Source of the DNA: Opitutia bacterium
GTDB lineage: Bacteria; Verrucomicrobiota; Verrucomicrobiia; Opitutales; JANYDI01
Reading direction: 5' to 3'
DNA length: 40,617 nucleotides
Assembly (NCBI GenBank): GCA_025363695.1
Contig: JANYDI010000148.1
Location: 1-40,617, forward strand
In this document: positions 1 to 9,317 of the stretch, in pieces
Numbering within the stretch: the stretch's first letter is position 1
Layout: every line of letters starts with the position of its first letter
Notes under the pieces: model-generated
Database searches by the model: none
What the model was told of the DNA's origin: nothing
The model's input: the letters and a program-made list of their open reading frames with translations, nothing else
Position numbers and translations under genes: made by a program

Positions 1-598
1 AATAGAAACACCGTTCCCTATTCCCTTTTCGGTAATTTGTTCACCAAGCCACATAAGAATAACGGTGCCTGTAGTTAGGAATATAGCCGATGATATAGTA
101 AACCAAAAAGGATTTGCTATAACAATAGGACCATAGAGATCAATATTGAAATCACCACCAATGATCATTCCTGGATTTTTATGAAGAGCTCGGATTAAAA
201 GCAGACCCTGAACCAAGCAAATAGCTATCGTCAAGTAACGAGTATACTGAGCCAGCTTTTGACGACCAACATCACCTTCCCTTTGAAGTCTAACCAAAAA
301 CGGAGCAACGGCTCCCATTAACTGCATAATAATGGATGCAGTAATGTAAGGCATTACTCCAATTGCAAAAAGTCCACCATTGAGAAGCGCCCCGCCCGTG
401 AACATATTGTAAAGTCCCAATAGAGCATTCCCTCCTGAAGCCATTCGATCTGCATAGAAATTCTGAAGAGGAGCAGGGTCTATTCCGGGCAAAGGAATAT
501 TTGCACCCATGCGTGCAATAAAAACAACACACAGAGTGAAAAATATTCGATGCCTTAACTCTGCAACCTTAAAACAATTTAAAAAACTTGAGAACATG
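1..598 (-). CDS. secY: Preprotein translocase SecY, N-terminal ~199 codons (rest lies beyond the left edge)
   Basis: Own translation of the minus strand from ATG at 598-596: MFSSFLNCFKVAELRHRIFFTLCVVFIARMGANIPLPGID...GVMPYITASIIMQLMGAV...MWLGEQITEKGIGNGVSI. Follows rplO as in spc operons. Absent from the ORF track because it has no stop inside the window. Confidence 0.9.
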
Positions 599-606
599 AA
601 CAGAAA

Positions 607-1050
607 CTAAGCTTCTAATAATACACAAGTTCCGCCTGCAGACTGTATTTTATCTCTAGCAGACTGGGAGTATTTATCCAAGGTGACAATAAGCCTATTA
701 GTTACGATACCCGAGCCTAGAAGCTTTACCGGAGAGTCAATGTTGCGGATCAGACCACAAGCCGCAAGAGTACCACGAGTCACCTCTGCATCCATGCCAA
801 AAACAAGAAGATCTTCCACGTTTACAATCTGATACGAAACTCTAAACGAATCATTATTGAACCCACGATGCGGCAGGCGACGATACAACGGCATTTGCCC
901 TCCTTCGAATCCGGGACGAATGGACTTCCCAGCACGGGCCCGTTGACCCTTATGGCCTTTCCCTGAAGTCTTTCCGCGACCACTACCAGGACCACATCCC
1001 AAACGTTTCTTTTTTGCGTTTCCAATATTTGGTATACTATGCAATTCCAT
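607..1050 (-). CDS. rplO: 50S ribosomal protein L15
   Basis: GSGRGKTSGKGHKGQ...GFEGGQMPLYRRLP motifs; AGGAGG (1061-1066, minus) 10 nt upstream of the ATG; synteny. Confidence 0.95.
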   Translation of the reverse strand: MELHSIPNIGNAKKKRLGCGPGSGRGKTSGKGHKGQRARAGKSIRPGFEGGQMPLYRRLPHRGFNNDSFRVSYQIVNVEDLLVFGMDAEVTRGTLAACGLIRNIDSPVKLLGSGIVTNRLIVTLDKYSQSARDKIQSAGGTCVLLEA

Positions 1051-1054
1051 AAAA

Positions 1055-1558
1055 CTAAGCCCTCCTTAACGCGTAAATTTCACTCTTAGACCGAACGCGC
1101 CCCAGTCCTTCTAACGTGGCGCGCACCACAGAAAGAACATTATTGGACCCCAGAGATTTAGAAAGAATATTTTTGATACCTGCCGCTTCCAAAATAGCAC
1201 GAACACTACCTGAAGCAATTACACCTGTCCCCTCCGTGGCCGGCTTCAGCAAGACTCTCCCACCCCCAAAGTGACCAATAACCGAATGTGGCAACGTGCC
1301 ATCTTGAGTGCAAATTGGCCCCATGCTGCGAATAGCTCTTTGAGAAGCTTTTTTTATAGCATCTGCAACTTCTTTTGCCTTCCCGTACCCCACTCCCACG
1401 CTTCCCTTCCGATCTCCATAAACAACAAGAGCGGAGAAACTAAATCGACGTCCACCTTTAACTACCTTGGAACATCTATTTAAAGATAAAACTTTTTCAT
1501 AAAAATTCTTATCTTTGTCTCCCGAAGAAGACTCTCTCATATTAGATTTGGTATGCAT
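1055..1558 (-). CDS. rpsE: 30S ribosomal protein S5
   Basis: KVVKGGRRFSFSALVVYGD..GVGYGKAKEV motif; synteny. rplO follows directly, so there is no rpmD between them. Confidence 0.95.
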   Translation of the reverse strand: MHTKSNMRESSSGDKDKNFYEKVLSLNRCSKVVKGGRRFSFSALVVYGDRKGSVGVGYGKAKEVADAIKKASQRAIRSMGPICTQDGTLPHSVIGHFGGGRVLLKPATEGTGVIASGSVRAILEAAGIKNILSKSLGSNNVLSVVRATLEGLGRVRSKSEIYALRRA

Positions 1559-1570
1559 ACAAAAATACTA

Positions 1571-1933
1571 CTAAAAAACTAATCCAGACTCTCTGGCCGC
1601 ATCAGCAAATGCCTTCACGCATCCGTGAAAACGTCTGCCACGTCTATCGAAAACAACACGATCTATACCAAGACTTTTCGCCCTTTCTCCAACCAATCCA
1701 CCAAATTCTGAAGCAGACTTCAGATTTGCAATCAATCCAGAGGAACGAAACGCAGGCTCCAACGTAGATTGATAAAGCATAGTTTTCTGAGCAACATCAT
1801 CTATAAACTGAGCGTATATATGTTTATTCGAAAAAGAAACGGACAAACGAGGGCATGCAGACGTTCCTGACACCTTACTTCTCACCCGCAATATTCGTTT
1901 ACGTAACAAAACTTGTTTTCTAAGCAATTTCAT
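1571..1933 (-). CDS. rplR: 50S ribosomal protein L18
   Basis: ...SNKHIYAQFIDD...DRVVFDRRGRRFHGCVKAFADAARESGL. I prefer the ATG at 1933 (MKLLRKQ...) because the track start at 1993 would overlap rplF by 56 nt. Confidence 0.9.
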   Translation of the reverse strand: MKLLRKQVLLRKRILRVRSKVSGTSACPRLSVSFSNKHIYAQFIDDVAQKTMLYQSTLEPAFRSSGLIANLKSASEFGGLVGERAKSLGIDRVVFDRRGRRFHGCVKAFADAARESGLVF

Positions 1934-1937
1934 AACA

Positions 1938-2474
1938 CTAGGATGTCTTCTTTCCTTCTTTGCGAACAACGAACTGCCCGACAATACGAACACCCTTTCC
2001 CTTATAGGGTTCTACGGGATAATAAGATCGAATGCGTGCAGCAACCTCGCCTACTAACTGTTTATCAATTCCGGAAACCTTAAGTTTCACTCCATCTGTC
2101 ACATCAATGGAAATGCCCGCAGGAATGGGATAACGTCTCGGCTCAGCATAACCCAGATTAAGAGTTAACAGAGAATTGCTCACAGCAGCACGAAAACCAA
2201 CTCCTGAAATCTCAAGATCCTTGAAATACGGCTGAACAACACCCTGCACCATATTAAACAAAAGAGAACGGATAGTTCCCTGAAGGGCTCTAACAGAAGG
2301 GATAGACCGAACAGGTGAAACCTCTATGGTACTTCCAGTAACCAAAACATTCACATCATCAACCAATAACTGAGAAAGCGTTCCCTTTGGACCTTTAACG
2401 GTAAAAACATTACCTAACAAAGAGCAATTAACGCCACCAGGAATCGAAATGGGCTTATTTCCTACTCTACTCAT
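1938..2474 (-). CDS. rplF: 50S ribosomal protein L6
   Basis: MSRVGNKPISIPGGV...YPVEPYKGKGVR. The ATG at 2474 avoids overlap with rpsH (the track start at 2489 is also possible). Confidence 0.9.
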   Translation of the reverse strand: MSRVGNKPISIPGGVNCSLLGNVFTVKGPKGTLSQLLVDDVNVLVTGSTIEVSPVRSIPSVRALQGTIRSLLFNMVQGVVQPYFKDLEISGVGFRAAVSNSLLTLNLGYAEPRRYPIPAGISIDVTDGVKLKVSGIDKQLVGEVAARIRSYYPVEPYKGKGVRIVGQFVVRKEGKKTS

Positions 2475-2478
2475 AACA

Positions 2479-2874
2479 CTAATAAACACTACAAATTAAC
2501 TCACCACCGACCTTCATCTTCTTAGCCTCAAAACCGGTAAGCAGGCCCTTAGACGTAGATAAAACAAGAACTCCCATGCCATTTAAAACTCTAGGCAGAG
2601 AATCCGAAGCCGAATATACACGACACCCAGGCTTACTGATACGAGTAACAGCGCAGAGAGCAGGAGCTCCCTCAACATACTTCAACTGAAGACTCAACCA
2701 CTTCCCCGTCGAGTTTTCGAGAAACTTACAGGAAGAAAGATACCCCTGTTTAAAAAAAATCAAAGCTATTTTTTCCTTAAGAACGGAATGACGCACCAAA
2801 CAAGAAGAGAGATTCGCCTTGTAAGCGTTTCTGATTTGAGTTAAAAAATCACCTATAGAATCGTGTACAGCCAT
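2479..2874 (-). CDS. rpsH: 30S ribosomal protein S8
   Basis: MAVHDSIGDFLTQIRNAYKA... typical S8 N-terminus; synteny. Confidence 0.95.
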   Translation of the reverse strand: MAVHDSIGDFLTQIRNAYKANLSSCLVRHSVLKEKIALIFFKQGYLSSCKFLENSTGKWLSLQLKYVEGAPALCAVTRISKPGCRVYSASDSLPRVLNGMGVLVLSTSKGLLTGFEAKKMKVGGELICSVY

Positions 2875-2886
2875 AATTAATTATAA

Positions 2887-3192
2887 TTACCAGGAAGACT
2901 TGGTGACTCCTGGGATTTTTCCATCCAATGCCCACTCTTTAAATAAATTACGACATATACCAAAGTGCCTAAGATAAGCCCTTGGACGAGAAGTAATCGC
3001 ACAACGATTTCGCACTCTTACGGGAGAAGAATCTCGAGGAAGCCTATTCAACTGATCCTGAGCTTTATAGAAATCTTCTTCGGAAATATTCGGATCCTTA
3101 AGTACTGAATGAAGACGAGCACGCTCGGGAGCCCATTTCGCAACCAAACGAATACGTTTCTTATTTCTTTCTTCTAACGCTTTCCTTGACAT
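2887..3192 (-). CDS. rpsN: 30S ribosomal protein S14 (long, 101 aa form)
   Basis: C-terminus ...[41 protein letters not shown]; synteny. Confidence 0.95.
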   Translation of the reverse strand: MSRKALEERNKKRIRLVAKWAPERARLHSVLKDPNISEEDFYKAQDQLNRLPRDSSPVRVRNRCAITSRPRAYLRHFGICRNLFKEWALDGKIPGVTKSSW

Positions 3193-3206
3193 AATAAAAG
3201 TAACAA

Positions 3207-3755
3207 CTATGACTTTCTAAAAGGAATGCCTGCAAGCTCCAGTAACAGCTTCCCATGCTCATCATTCGAGGCGGTCGTAACAACAGTAATATCCATACCA
3301 ACATTTTGCTTAACCTGAGCATCCATTTTTATTTCAGGAAAAACCGTATGGTCAACTAAACCTATAGTATAATTGCCACATCCATCCAAACGAGAGGGAA
3401 GACCCCTAAAATCACGAACTCCAGGCAAAACAATATGGATAAGTTTATATAAAAACTCATACATCAAGCGCCCTCGCAACGTCACCTTAACCCCCACAGG
3501 CATTCCCTCCCGCACCTTAAAATTAGAAATGCTTTTCTTAGCAAGAGTAAAAATTGGCCTCTGTCCGGAAATTTTACCAATATCACCCAGTATGCGATCT
3601 AAGGTAAGTTTATCCGTGCTAGAACGAATACCTGAGTTAATAACAACTTTCTCGAATTTTGGAACACAATGAACGTTTGAGAAAGACAACTCCCTCTTCA
3701 ACGCTGGAACTATCGTAGTTCCATAGTACTCCTTAAAAAAACAATGAACACTCAT
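3207..3755 (-). CDS. rplE: 50S ribosomal protein L5
   Basis: ...[32 protein letters not shown] motifs; synteny. Confidence 0.95.
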   Translation of the reverse strand: MSVHCFFKEYYGTTIVPALKRELSFSNVHCVPKFEKVVINSGIRSSTDKLTLDRILGDIGKISGQRPIFTLAKKSISNFKVREGMPVGVKVTLRGRLMYEFLYKLIHIVLPGVRDFRGLPSRLDGCGNYTIGLVDHTVFPEIKMDAQVKQNVGMDITVVTTASNDEHGKLLLELAGIPFRKS

Positions 3756-3773
3756 AAGAAAATCAAAAACAAA

Positions 3774-4016
3774 CTACTCCCTATCAAGGCGAAGGTTTGA
3801 AATATGTATCGGAATCTCTTTCGTAAGAGTCGCATCTGAAGAACCTTCCTGTCTCGCCTGTGACTTCTTCACGAAGGTCTTCCGGAGATTTACTCCCTCA
3901 ACAATAACCAAATCCTTTGAACGAAGGTACTCCAACACCTTACCCTTCATTCCCTTGCTAGCGCCTGATGAAACAACAACCAGCACACCCTTTTTAATAG
4001 ACTTCGACAACTTCAT
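3774..4016 (-). CDS. rplX: 50S ribosomal protein L24 (short, 80 aa)
   Basis: KOW-like IKKGVLVVVSSGASKGMKGKV; 4-nt overlap with the rplN stop; synteny. Confidence 0.9.
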   Translation of the reverse strand: MKLSKSIKKGVLVVVSSGASKGMKGKVLEYLRSKDLVIVEGVNLRKTFVKKSQARQEGSSDATLTKEIPIHISNLRLDRE

Positions 4017-4375
4017 ACAACCTCCGGAGCTAAAGAAACAACCTTCATATACTTATCACGCAATTCTCTGGCGACGGGAGCAAGAACCCGCGTTCCCTTT
4101 GGACGACCCTCGTTGTCAACTATAACAACCGCATTGTGATCGAAGCGTAAATAACTACCATCTGCTCGAGAAACCGGAGCCCTCGTCCCAACGATCACAG
4201 CCTTAACAACCGATCCCTTAGGAATAGGAGATTTTGTAATACACTCAACAACGCTACAAACAATCAAATCACCGACAGAAGCCGTACGCTTGTTTTGACC
4301 AAGCCTACGAATCATTCTCACAACCTTTGCCCCAGTATTATCTACAACTGAAAGCCGACTCGACATCTGAACCAT
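4013..4375 (-). CDS. rplN: 50S ribosomal protein L14
   Basis: MVQMSSRLSVVDNTGAK...; synteny. Confidence 0.95.
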   Translation of the reverse strand: MVQMSSRLSVVDNTGAKVVRMIRRLGQNKRTASVGDLIVCSVVECITKSPIPKGSVVKAVIVGTRAPVSRADGSYLRFDHNAVVIVDNEGRPKGTRVLAPVARELRDKYMKVVSLAPEVV

Positions 4376-4379
4376 AAGA

Positions 4380-4643
4380 CTAAATAACCTTTTCTAAAAT
4401 TTCAACCAGACGCCAACGCTTTAGCTTACTCAAAGGCCTTGTGGCAACAATGCGCACACGATCTCCAACCGAGGTCTCATTAAGTTCATCATGAACATGA
4501 ACTGTTGTTTTTCTTTTAATTTCTTTACCGTAAACGGGATGCGGAATCTTATAGAAATAGACCATCTTAAAAGTTTTATCTCCAGTCCGCCCTACGACCA
4601 CCCCGGTCAACTGTTTTCTCAAATTTCTAGATTCTAAGAGCAT
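4380..4643 (-). CDS. rpsQ: 30S ribosomal protein S17
   Basis: ...LTGVVVGRTGDKTFKV...VHDELNETSVGDRVRIVATRPLSK. ATG at 4643 chosen; the track start at 4685 overlaps rpmC. Confidence 0.9.
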   Translation of the reverse strand: MLLESRNLRKQLTGVVVGRTGDKTFKMVYFYKIPHPVYGKEIKRKTTVHVHDELNETSVGDRVRIVATRPLSKLKRWRLVEILEKVI

Positions 4644-4659
4644 ACACAAACTTCTAAAA

Positions 4660-4851
4660 TTAAGCTTCAATCCCCGCTTGAGCAACTGTTTTCATTCTAG
4701 CAATAGCCTTCCGCATCGAAATCATTTGATGCGCACTTTGACGACCCAAACCACCTCTGTGAAGACGCAAAGTTAATAGCTTTTTTTGAAAAGACTCAAG
4801 TCTTTTTTGCAAATCTTTTTGAGATAGCGCTCTAATATCTTTATTATTCAT
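4660..4851 (-). CDS. rpmC: 50S ribosomal protein L29
   Basis: 63 aa, IRALSQKDLQKRLESFQKKLLTLRL; synteny. Confidence 0.9.
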   Translation of the reverse strand: MNNKDIRALSQKDLQKRLESFQKKLLTLRLHRGGLGRQSAHQMISMRKAIARMKTVAQAGIEA

Positions 4852-4854
4852 AAA

Positions 4855-5265
4855 TCATTCTTCTCTTTCAATAAAACGGCAGGAAAATGGAAGCTTATTG
4901 TCGGCCAGTCGAAAAGCTTGCTTTGCCAAAGAAATAGGAACTCCACTGACCTCAAACAAAACAACACCTGGCTTCACTTCCACAACCCAGTGATCAACGG
5001 CGCCCTTTCCCTTCCCCATTCGAGTCTCAGCCGGCTTAGCGGTTACAGGCTTATGAGGAAAAACTCGAATAAAAACCTTTCCCCTTCTCTTTAACTGACG
5101 ATTAATAGCAATACGAGCAGCCTCGATCTGAGCACTTGTCATTCGACTTCGTTCAAGGGCTTGAATTCCACATTCTCCAAAGGAGAGAGTATCTCCTCCT
5201 TTTGCCATACCAGTATTGGTACCTTTATGACATTTACGATATTTGGTCTTAGAAGGAATTAACAT
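4855..5265 (-). CDS. rplP: 50S ribosomal protein L16
   Basis: MLIPSKTKYRKCHKG...; synteny. Confidence 0.95.
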   Translation of the reverse strand: MLIPSKTKYRKCHKGTNTGMAKGGDTLSFGECGIQALERSRMTSAQIEAARIAINRQLKRRGKVFIRVFPHKPVTAKPAETRMGKGKGAVDHWVVEVKPGVVLFEVSGVPISLAKQAFRLADNKLPFSCRFIEREE

Positions 5266-5277
5266 AAAAATAATAAA

Positions 5278-5895
5278 CTAGATACAAATCCAACATTTCA
5301 CACCAATAATACCATAAACAGTATGAGCCTCAGAAAATCCATAATCAATGTTTTCCCGAAGAGTGTGCAGAGGAACTCGTCCTGATCTCTGGCATTCACG
5401 ACGAGCGATCTCAGCTCCTCCAAGCCGACCCGAACACTGAATTTTTACGCCTTGAGCACCAAGAGACATCGACCCCTGAAGCGCTTTTTTCATAGCACGA
5501 CGAAAAGAAACACGACGCTCGAGCTGTAAGGTAATTGACTCAGACACTAATTGGGCAACAAGCTCAGGTTTTTCAACTTCCTGAACATCCAACAAAATCT
5601 CCTGACCCAATATTTTCTCTATCTGCCCTTTGAGCTTTCCAAGCTCTTGGCCTTTTCGGCCAATCAAAAAACCAGGCCTAGCACTGAGAATTTTAACTCG
5701 AACACGAGTGCCTGCCCTCTCTATGATAACACGATGCACTGCGGCACCTTTCAAATTTTTCTTCACATAATCACGAACGCGACCATCCTGAATCAAATTG
5801 GTGGCATACAAACGCCCCTCTGCATACCAACGAGAATCCCACGGATCATTACTAACGCAAAGTCTAAAACCTCTAGGATGAACTTTCTGACCCAT
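5278..5895 (-). CDS. rpsC: 30S ribosomal protein S3
   Basis: MGQKVHPRGFRL...GRLGGAEIAR motifs. Confidence 0.95.
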   Translation of the reverse strand: MGQKVHPRGFRLCVSNDPWDSRWYAEGRLYATNLIQDGRVRDYVKKNLKGAAVHRVIIERAGTRVRVKILSARPGFLIGRKGQELGKLKGQIEKILGQEILLDVQEVEKPELVAQLVSESITLQLERRVSFRRAMKKALQGSMSLGAQGVKIQCSGRLGGAEIARRECQRSGRVPLHTLRENIDYGFSEAHTVYGIIGVKCWICI

Positions 5896-5900
5896 AACAA

Positions 5901-6242
5901 CTAAATAACACTTGAAGTTTCCAACTCAATAACAAGATGACTTCTCTTTTTTCGTATTAAATGCGCTGACCCCCTCGCTTGAGGCATGTGACGTCGAACA
6001 ACCGGCCCTTGTTGTGCATGAGCGGAAAAAACCATTAAACTATCTGACGTCACGCCATAGTTATTCTCTGCATTAGCAACAGCCGAGCGCAACACCTTTA
6101 AGAAAAGAACAGCAGATTTTCTTGGTATATTTTTAAGGAGCTGTGATGCATCCTCTGCAGTTCGACCGCGAATAAGAGAAGCAATATGTTTCGCCTTTTT
6201 TGGAGAAACACAAGCATACCTGGCTGAAGAAGATATTTTCAT
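5901..6242 (-). CDS. rplV: 50S ribosomal protein L22
   Basis: 113 aa; SPKKAKHIASLIRG...; synteny. Confidence 0.93.
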   Translation of the reverse strand: MKISSSARYACVSPKKAKHIASLIRGRTAEDASQLLKNIPRKSAVLFLKVLRSAVANAENNYGVTSDSLMVFSAHAQQGPVVRRHMPQARGSAHLIRKKRSHLVIELETSSVI

Positions 6243-6262
6243 AAAATAAAAGTCAACAAAAT

Positions 6263-6535
6263 TTATTTCTTTTCTTTTGTAGACGGATGTCCTTTAAATA
6301 TGCGAGTAAGCGCGAACTCACCCAGTTTGTGCCCCACCATATTTTCCGTAACATAAACAGGATGAAAACCCTTTCCATTATGTACAGAAAAATGAAGGCC
6401 TATAAAATCGGGAGTTACAGTAGACCTGCGCGACCAAGTGGCAATAGGCTTCTTTGAGTCAGACTTAACTGCCTCCCTTATTTTTTCAAGCAAATGACCA
6501 TCAACAAAAAAACCTTTTTTTAACGAACGACTCAT
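6263..6535 (-). CDS. rpsS: 30S ribosomal protein S19
   Basis: [12 protein letters not shown]...[27 protein letters not shown]; ATG at 6535 preferred. Confidence 0.93.
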   Translation of the reverse strand: MSRSLKKGFFVDGHLLEKIREAVKSDSKKPIATWSRRSTVTPDFIGLHFSVHNGKGFHPVYVTENMVGHKLGEFALTRIFKGHPSTKEKK

Positions 6536-6547
6536 AATTAGCAAATG

Positions 6548-7393
6548 CTAGTTTCTATATTTCTTACCATTACGACCTACTATAATTTGCTTATTGGTAG
6601 GGTTAGAACGACGACGCGTTTTGTACCCCTTGGAAAGCTGCCCCCAAGGTGAACATGGATGTCCGCCACCAGAGGTACGCCCCTCTCCCCCACCCATAGG
6701 ATGGTCCACGGGATTCATAGCAACACCGCGAACACGTGAACGACGACCAAGCCAACGATTGCGTCCTGCTTTTCCCAAGTTGCGATTCTGATGCAAGCCA
6801 TTCCCGACTTCACCTATCGTAGCACGACAACGAGAATCCACGTAACGTAATTCACCGCTAGGAAGCTTAAGAATAGCACGAGAAGCATCAAAGCCTACCA
6901 GCTGAACAGAAGATCCTGCAGAACGAGCAAGAACAGCTCCTCCACCAATAAGAAGCTCTACAGCATGGACCTTTGTAGAGGGAGGCACGTGCAGCAATTG
7001 TAAGGCGTTGCCCGGTTTGAAATCCCCTTTTTCGGAAAAACTAGTCACCGTATCACCAATGGAAACACCGGAAGGAGCCAGAATATAAGACTTTAAGCCA
7101 TCTGCATAAGCAACCAGCGCAATATTGGCAGAACGATTAGGATCGTACTCAATAGACTGAATAACAGCAGGAATATCGCACTTAGTCCTCATGAAATCAA
7201 TTGCTCGATACATACGCTTATGCCCTCCCCCTCTACGCCTAGAAGTAATGCGACCGTTACTGCGCCCCTTGCAACGATGATTACTTGAAGTTAGACTTCT
7301 TAGGGGACGATTCTCGGAGGAAACCAACTCATCCCGATTTAAAGCAAGAAACCTTTGCGAGGGAGTGATCGGCTTTTTTCTTATAATAGTCAT
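6548..7393 (-). CDS. rplB: 50S ribosomal protein L2
   Basis: ...GRNRWLGRRSRVRGVAMNPVDHPMGGGEGR... Confidence 0.96.
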   Translation of the reverse strand: MTIIRKKPITPSQRFLALNRDELVSSENRPLRSLTSSNHRCKGRSNGRITSRRRGGGHKRMYRAIDFMRTKCDIPAVIQSIEYDPNRSANIALVAYADGLKSYILAPSGVSIGDTVTSFSEKGDFKPGNALQLLHVPPSTKVHAVELLIGGGAVLARSAGSSVQLVGFDASRAILKLPSGELRYVDSRCRATIGEVGNGLHQNRNLGKAGRNRWLGRRSRVRGVAMNPVDHPMGGGEGRTSGGGHPCSPWGQLSKGYKTRRRSNPTNKQIIVGRNGKKYRN

Positions 7394-7409
7394 AATATTC
7401 TAAAATTTA

Positions 7410-7697
7410 CTACAAAAGTTCTATTTTTTCGCCCGCAGGAAGAGATACTATGGCTTTTTTAAAGCCAGAAACACATCCTGGTTTTGATCTAGCCGAACGC
7501 CCACGTTTTGTTTTTTCCTTGCGGTTAATAATATTCACAGAAAGAACACGGACATTAAATAAAGATTTAACGGCGCTCGTCACTAAGTATTTATTAGCAG
7601 AAGCAGAAACAACAAAAGTATACTGATTAAGCTCAGAGGACTGTTGTGTTGCCTTTTCGGTAACACGTAATTCTTTTAAAATCAAAGACCCTAACAT
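7410..7697 (-). CDS. rplW: 50S ribosomal protein L23
   Basis: 95 aa, position between rplD and rplB, L23-like sequence. Confidence 0.9.
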   Translation of the reverse strand: MLGSLILKELRVTEKATQQSSELNQYTFVVSASANKYLVTSAVKSLFNVRVLSVNIINRKEKTKRGRSARSKPGCVSGFKKAIVSLPAGEKIELL

Positions 7698-7712
7698 AAT
7701 ATTCTTCTAAAC

Positions 7713-8339
7713 TCAACGAACAACCCTAGACAGGAGAGCATGAAAAGCCGACTCACTCAATATAATTTTCTTAAAACTTACAAGATCCAAAGCATTTAGA
7801 TCCGAAACATTAGCTGTAGAGACAAAATCCAGATTACGAGAGGCAAGCATGACTGCCGAAGGAACGCTCACATCCACCAACAAGATAGAACGATCCAGGG
7901 AGATATTTCTAACAACCGCACTCATTGTCTTTGTTTTAGAAAGACCCGAATCCCACTCTTCAACAAGGGCTACACGCTGAGAAGAACACACGTCAAAAAA
8001 GGCACGCGAAAAAGCCAAAGCCTTCATTTTTTTATTGATCTTTTGAGAGTAGCTTCGTGGCTTTGGACCAAAAACAACACCGCCTTTTCGCCAAATGGGC
8101 GAGCGCTTGGATCCATGACGAGCCATACCAGTCCCCTTCTGCTTATAAGGCTTTTTTCCAGTACCACTTACCTCGCTTCTGTTTTTCGTACAAGCATTAC
8201 CCTGTCTAAGATTTGCACGATAAGAGAGGATAACCTGACGCAATGCTCGAATACCTTTTTCTCCCTCAAAACAAGGAATATCCGAATAATCCTTGTTTTC
8301 TTTTTTAATCCCCTCTTTTGTGTAAAGATCTAGCTTCAT
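7713..8339 (-). CDS. rplD: 50S ribosomal protein L4
   Basis: ...GTGKKPYKQKGTGMARHGSKRSPIWRKGGVVFGPKPR...; 4-nt overlap with rplC. Confidence 0.95.
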   Translation of the reverse strand: MKLDLYTKEGIKKENKDYSDIPCFEGEKGIRALRQVILSYRANLRQGNACTKNRSEVSGTGKKPYKQKGTGMARHGSKRSPIWRKGGVVFGPKPRSYSQKINKKMKALAFSRAFFDVCSSQRVALVEEWDSGLSKTKTMSAVVRNISLDRSILLVDVSVPSAVMLASRNLDFVSTANVSDLNALDLVSFKKIILSESAFHALLSRVVR

Positions 8340-8977
8340 ATGGACTTAATCGTTTTTTTGGCAACGCGAAGATAAACTAAGGAATGATTATTCCCAGGAC
8401 AAGACCCCTTAACCATTAATAAATTTTTGGAAACGTCAACTCCCAAAACCTCTAAATTTTGCATTGTTCTTCGACGTACTCCCATATGCCCAGGCATTTT
8501 CTTGTTTTTAAAAACATGTCCAGGAGTCTGCCTTTGACCAATAGAGCCTATCCTTCGGTGCATCATGCTACCATGAGAGTCGGGTTGGCCACTAAAATTA
8601 TACCTTCGAACAACGCCCTGAAAACCCCTTCCCTTAGTAAAGGCGACAGCATCTACTTTTTGACCCACTTTAAACAGGTCAACCGTTAAAATTTGTCCAG
8701 GAACATAAGAAGACGTATCGTCGGTATTAAACTCCCTTAAACAAGACGCACTAGAAACCCCCGCCTTGCTTAAATGCCCCTTAAGCGGCAACGACATACG
8801 AGCCGAGGAACGCGATCCAAAAGCTATTTGAACAGCGCTATAACCATCCGTGGACAACTCCTTCACTTGTGTGACAGCACAAGGACCTACCTGAAAAACA
8901 GTAACAGGAACAAGACTATTGTCCTCCCTGTAAATCTGGGTCATTCCCAGTTTTCTGGCTAACATTCCAAAACGCAT
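8336..8977 (-). CDS. rplC: 50S ribosomal protein L3
   Basis: ...LARKLGMTQIY...FTKGRGFQGVVRRYNF.GQPDSHGS... Confidence 0.95.
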   Translation of the reverse strand: MRFGMLARKLGMTQIYREDNSLVPVTVFQVGPCAVTQVKELSTDGYSAVQIAFGSRSSARMSLPLKGHLSKAGVSSASCLREFNTDDTSSYVPGQILTVDLFKVGQKVDAVAFTKGRGFQGVVRRYNFSGQPDSHGSMMHRRIGSIGQRQTPGHVFKNKKMPGHMGVRRRTMQNLEVLGVDVSKNLLMVKGSCPGNNHSLVYLRVAKKTIKSI

Positions 8978-8990
8978 ACCTAAAATATCA

Positions 8991-9308
8991 CTAAATTTGT
9001 TTTACTTCAACACCAACTTCAACCTCAGCAGGAAGCGTCAAAACTTTAAGAGCTTCTACCGTTCTAACCGTAGGATCTACAATCCTAATAATGCGCTTGT
9101 GAGTTCTTCGCTCAAACTGATCCATCGACTTCTTGTCCACATGGGGAGAGCGATTAACGGTAACTTTTAATATTTTCGTAGGCAACGGACATGGACCAAT
9201 CACACGAGCACCTGTGCTTTTAGCGGTACGCACAATTTCATTCGTAGACTTATCCACAATTCGGTGATCAAAGCCTTTTAATTTTATCAATATTTTTTGC
9301 TTACTCAT
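8991..9308 (-). CDS. rpsJ: 30S ribosomal protein S10
   Basis: [17 protein letters not shown]...GPCPLPTK...; directly downstream of fusA, with no second tuf. Confidence 0.95.
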   Translation of the reverse strand: MSKQKILIKLKGFDHRIVDKSTNEIVRTAKSTGARVIGPCPLPTKILKVTVNRSPHVDKKSMDQFERRTHKRIIRIVDPTVRTVEALKVLTLPAEVEVGVEVKQI

Positions 9309-9317
9309 AACGTTAAC

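Noticed and set aside
1050-1558. The absence of rpmD (L30) between rpsE and rplO, and of a second tuf after fusA, as an anomaly
   Set aside because: Both are common lineage-specific variations of the spc and str clusters, and the 4-nt gap leaves no room for a degraded gene.
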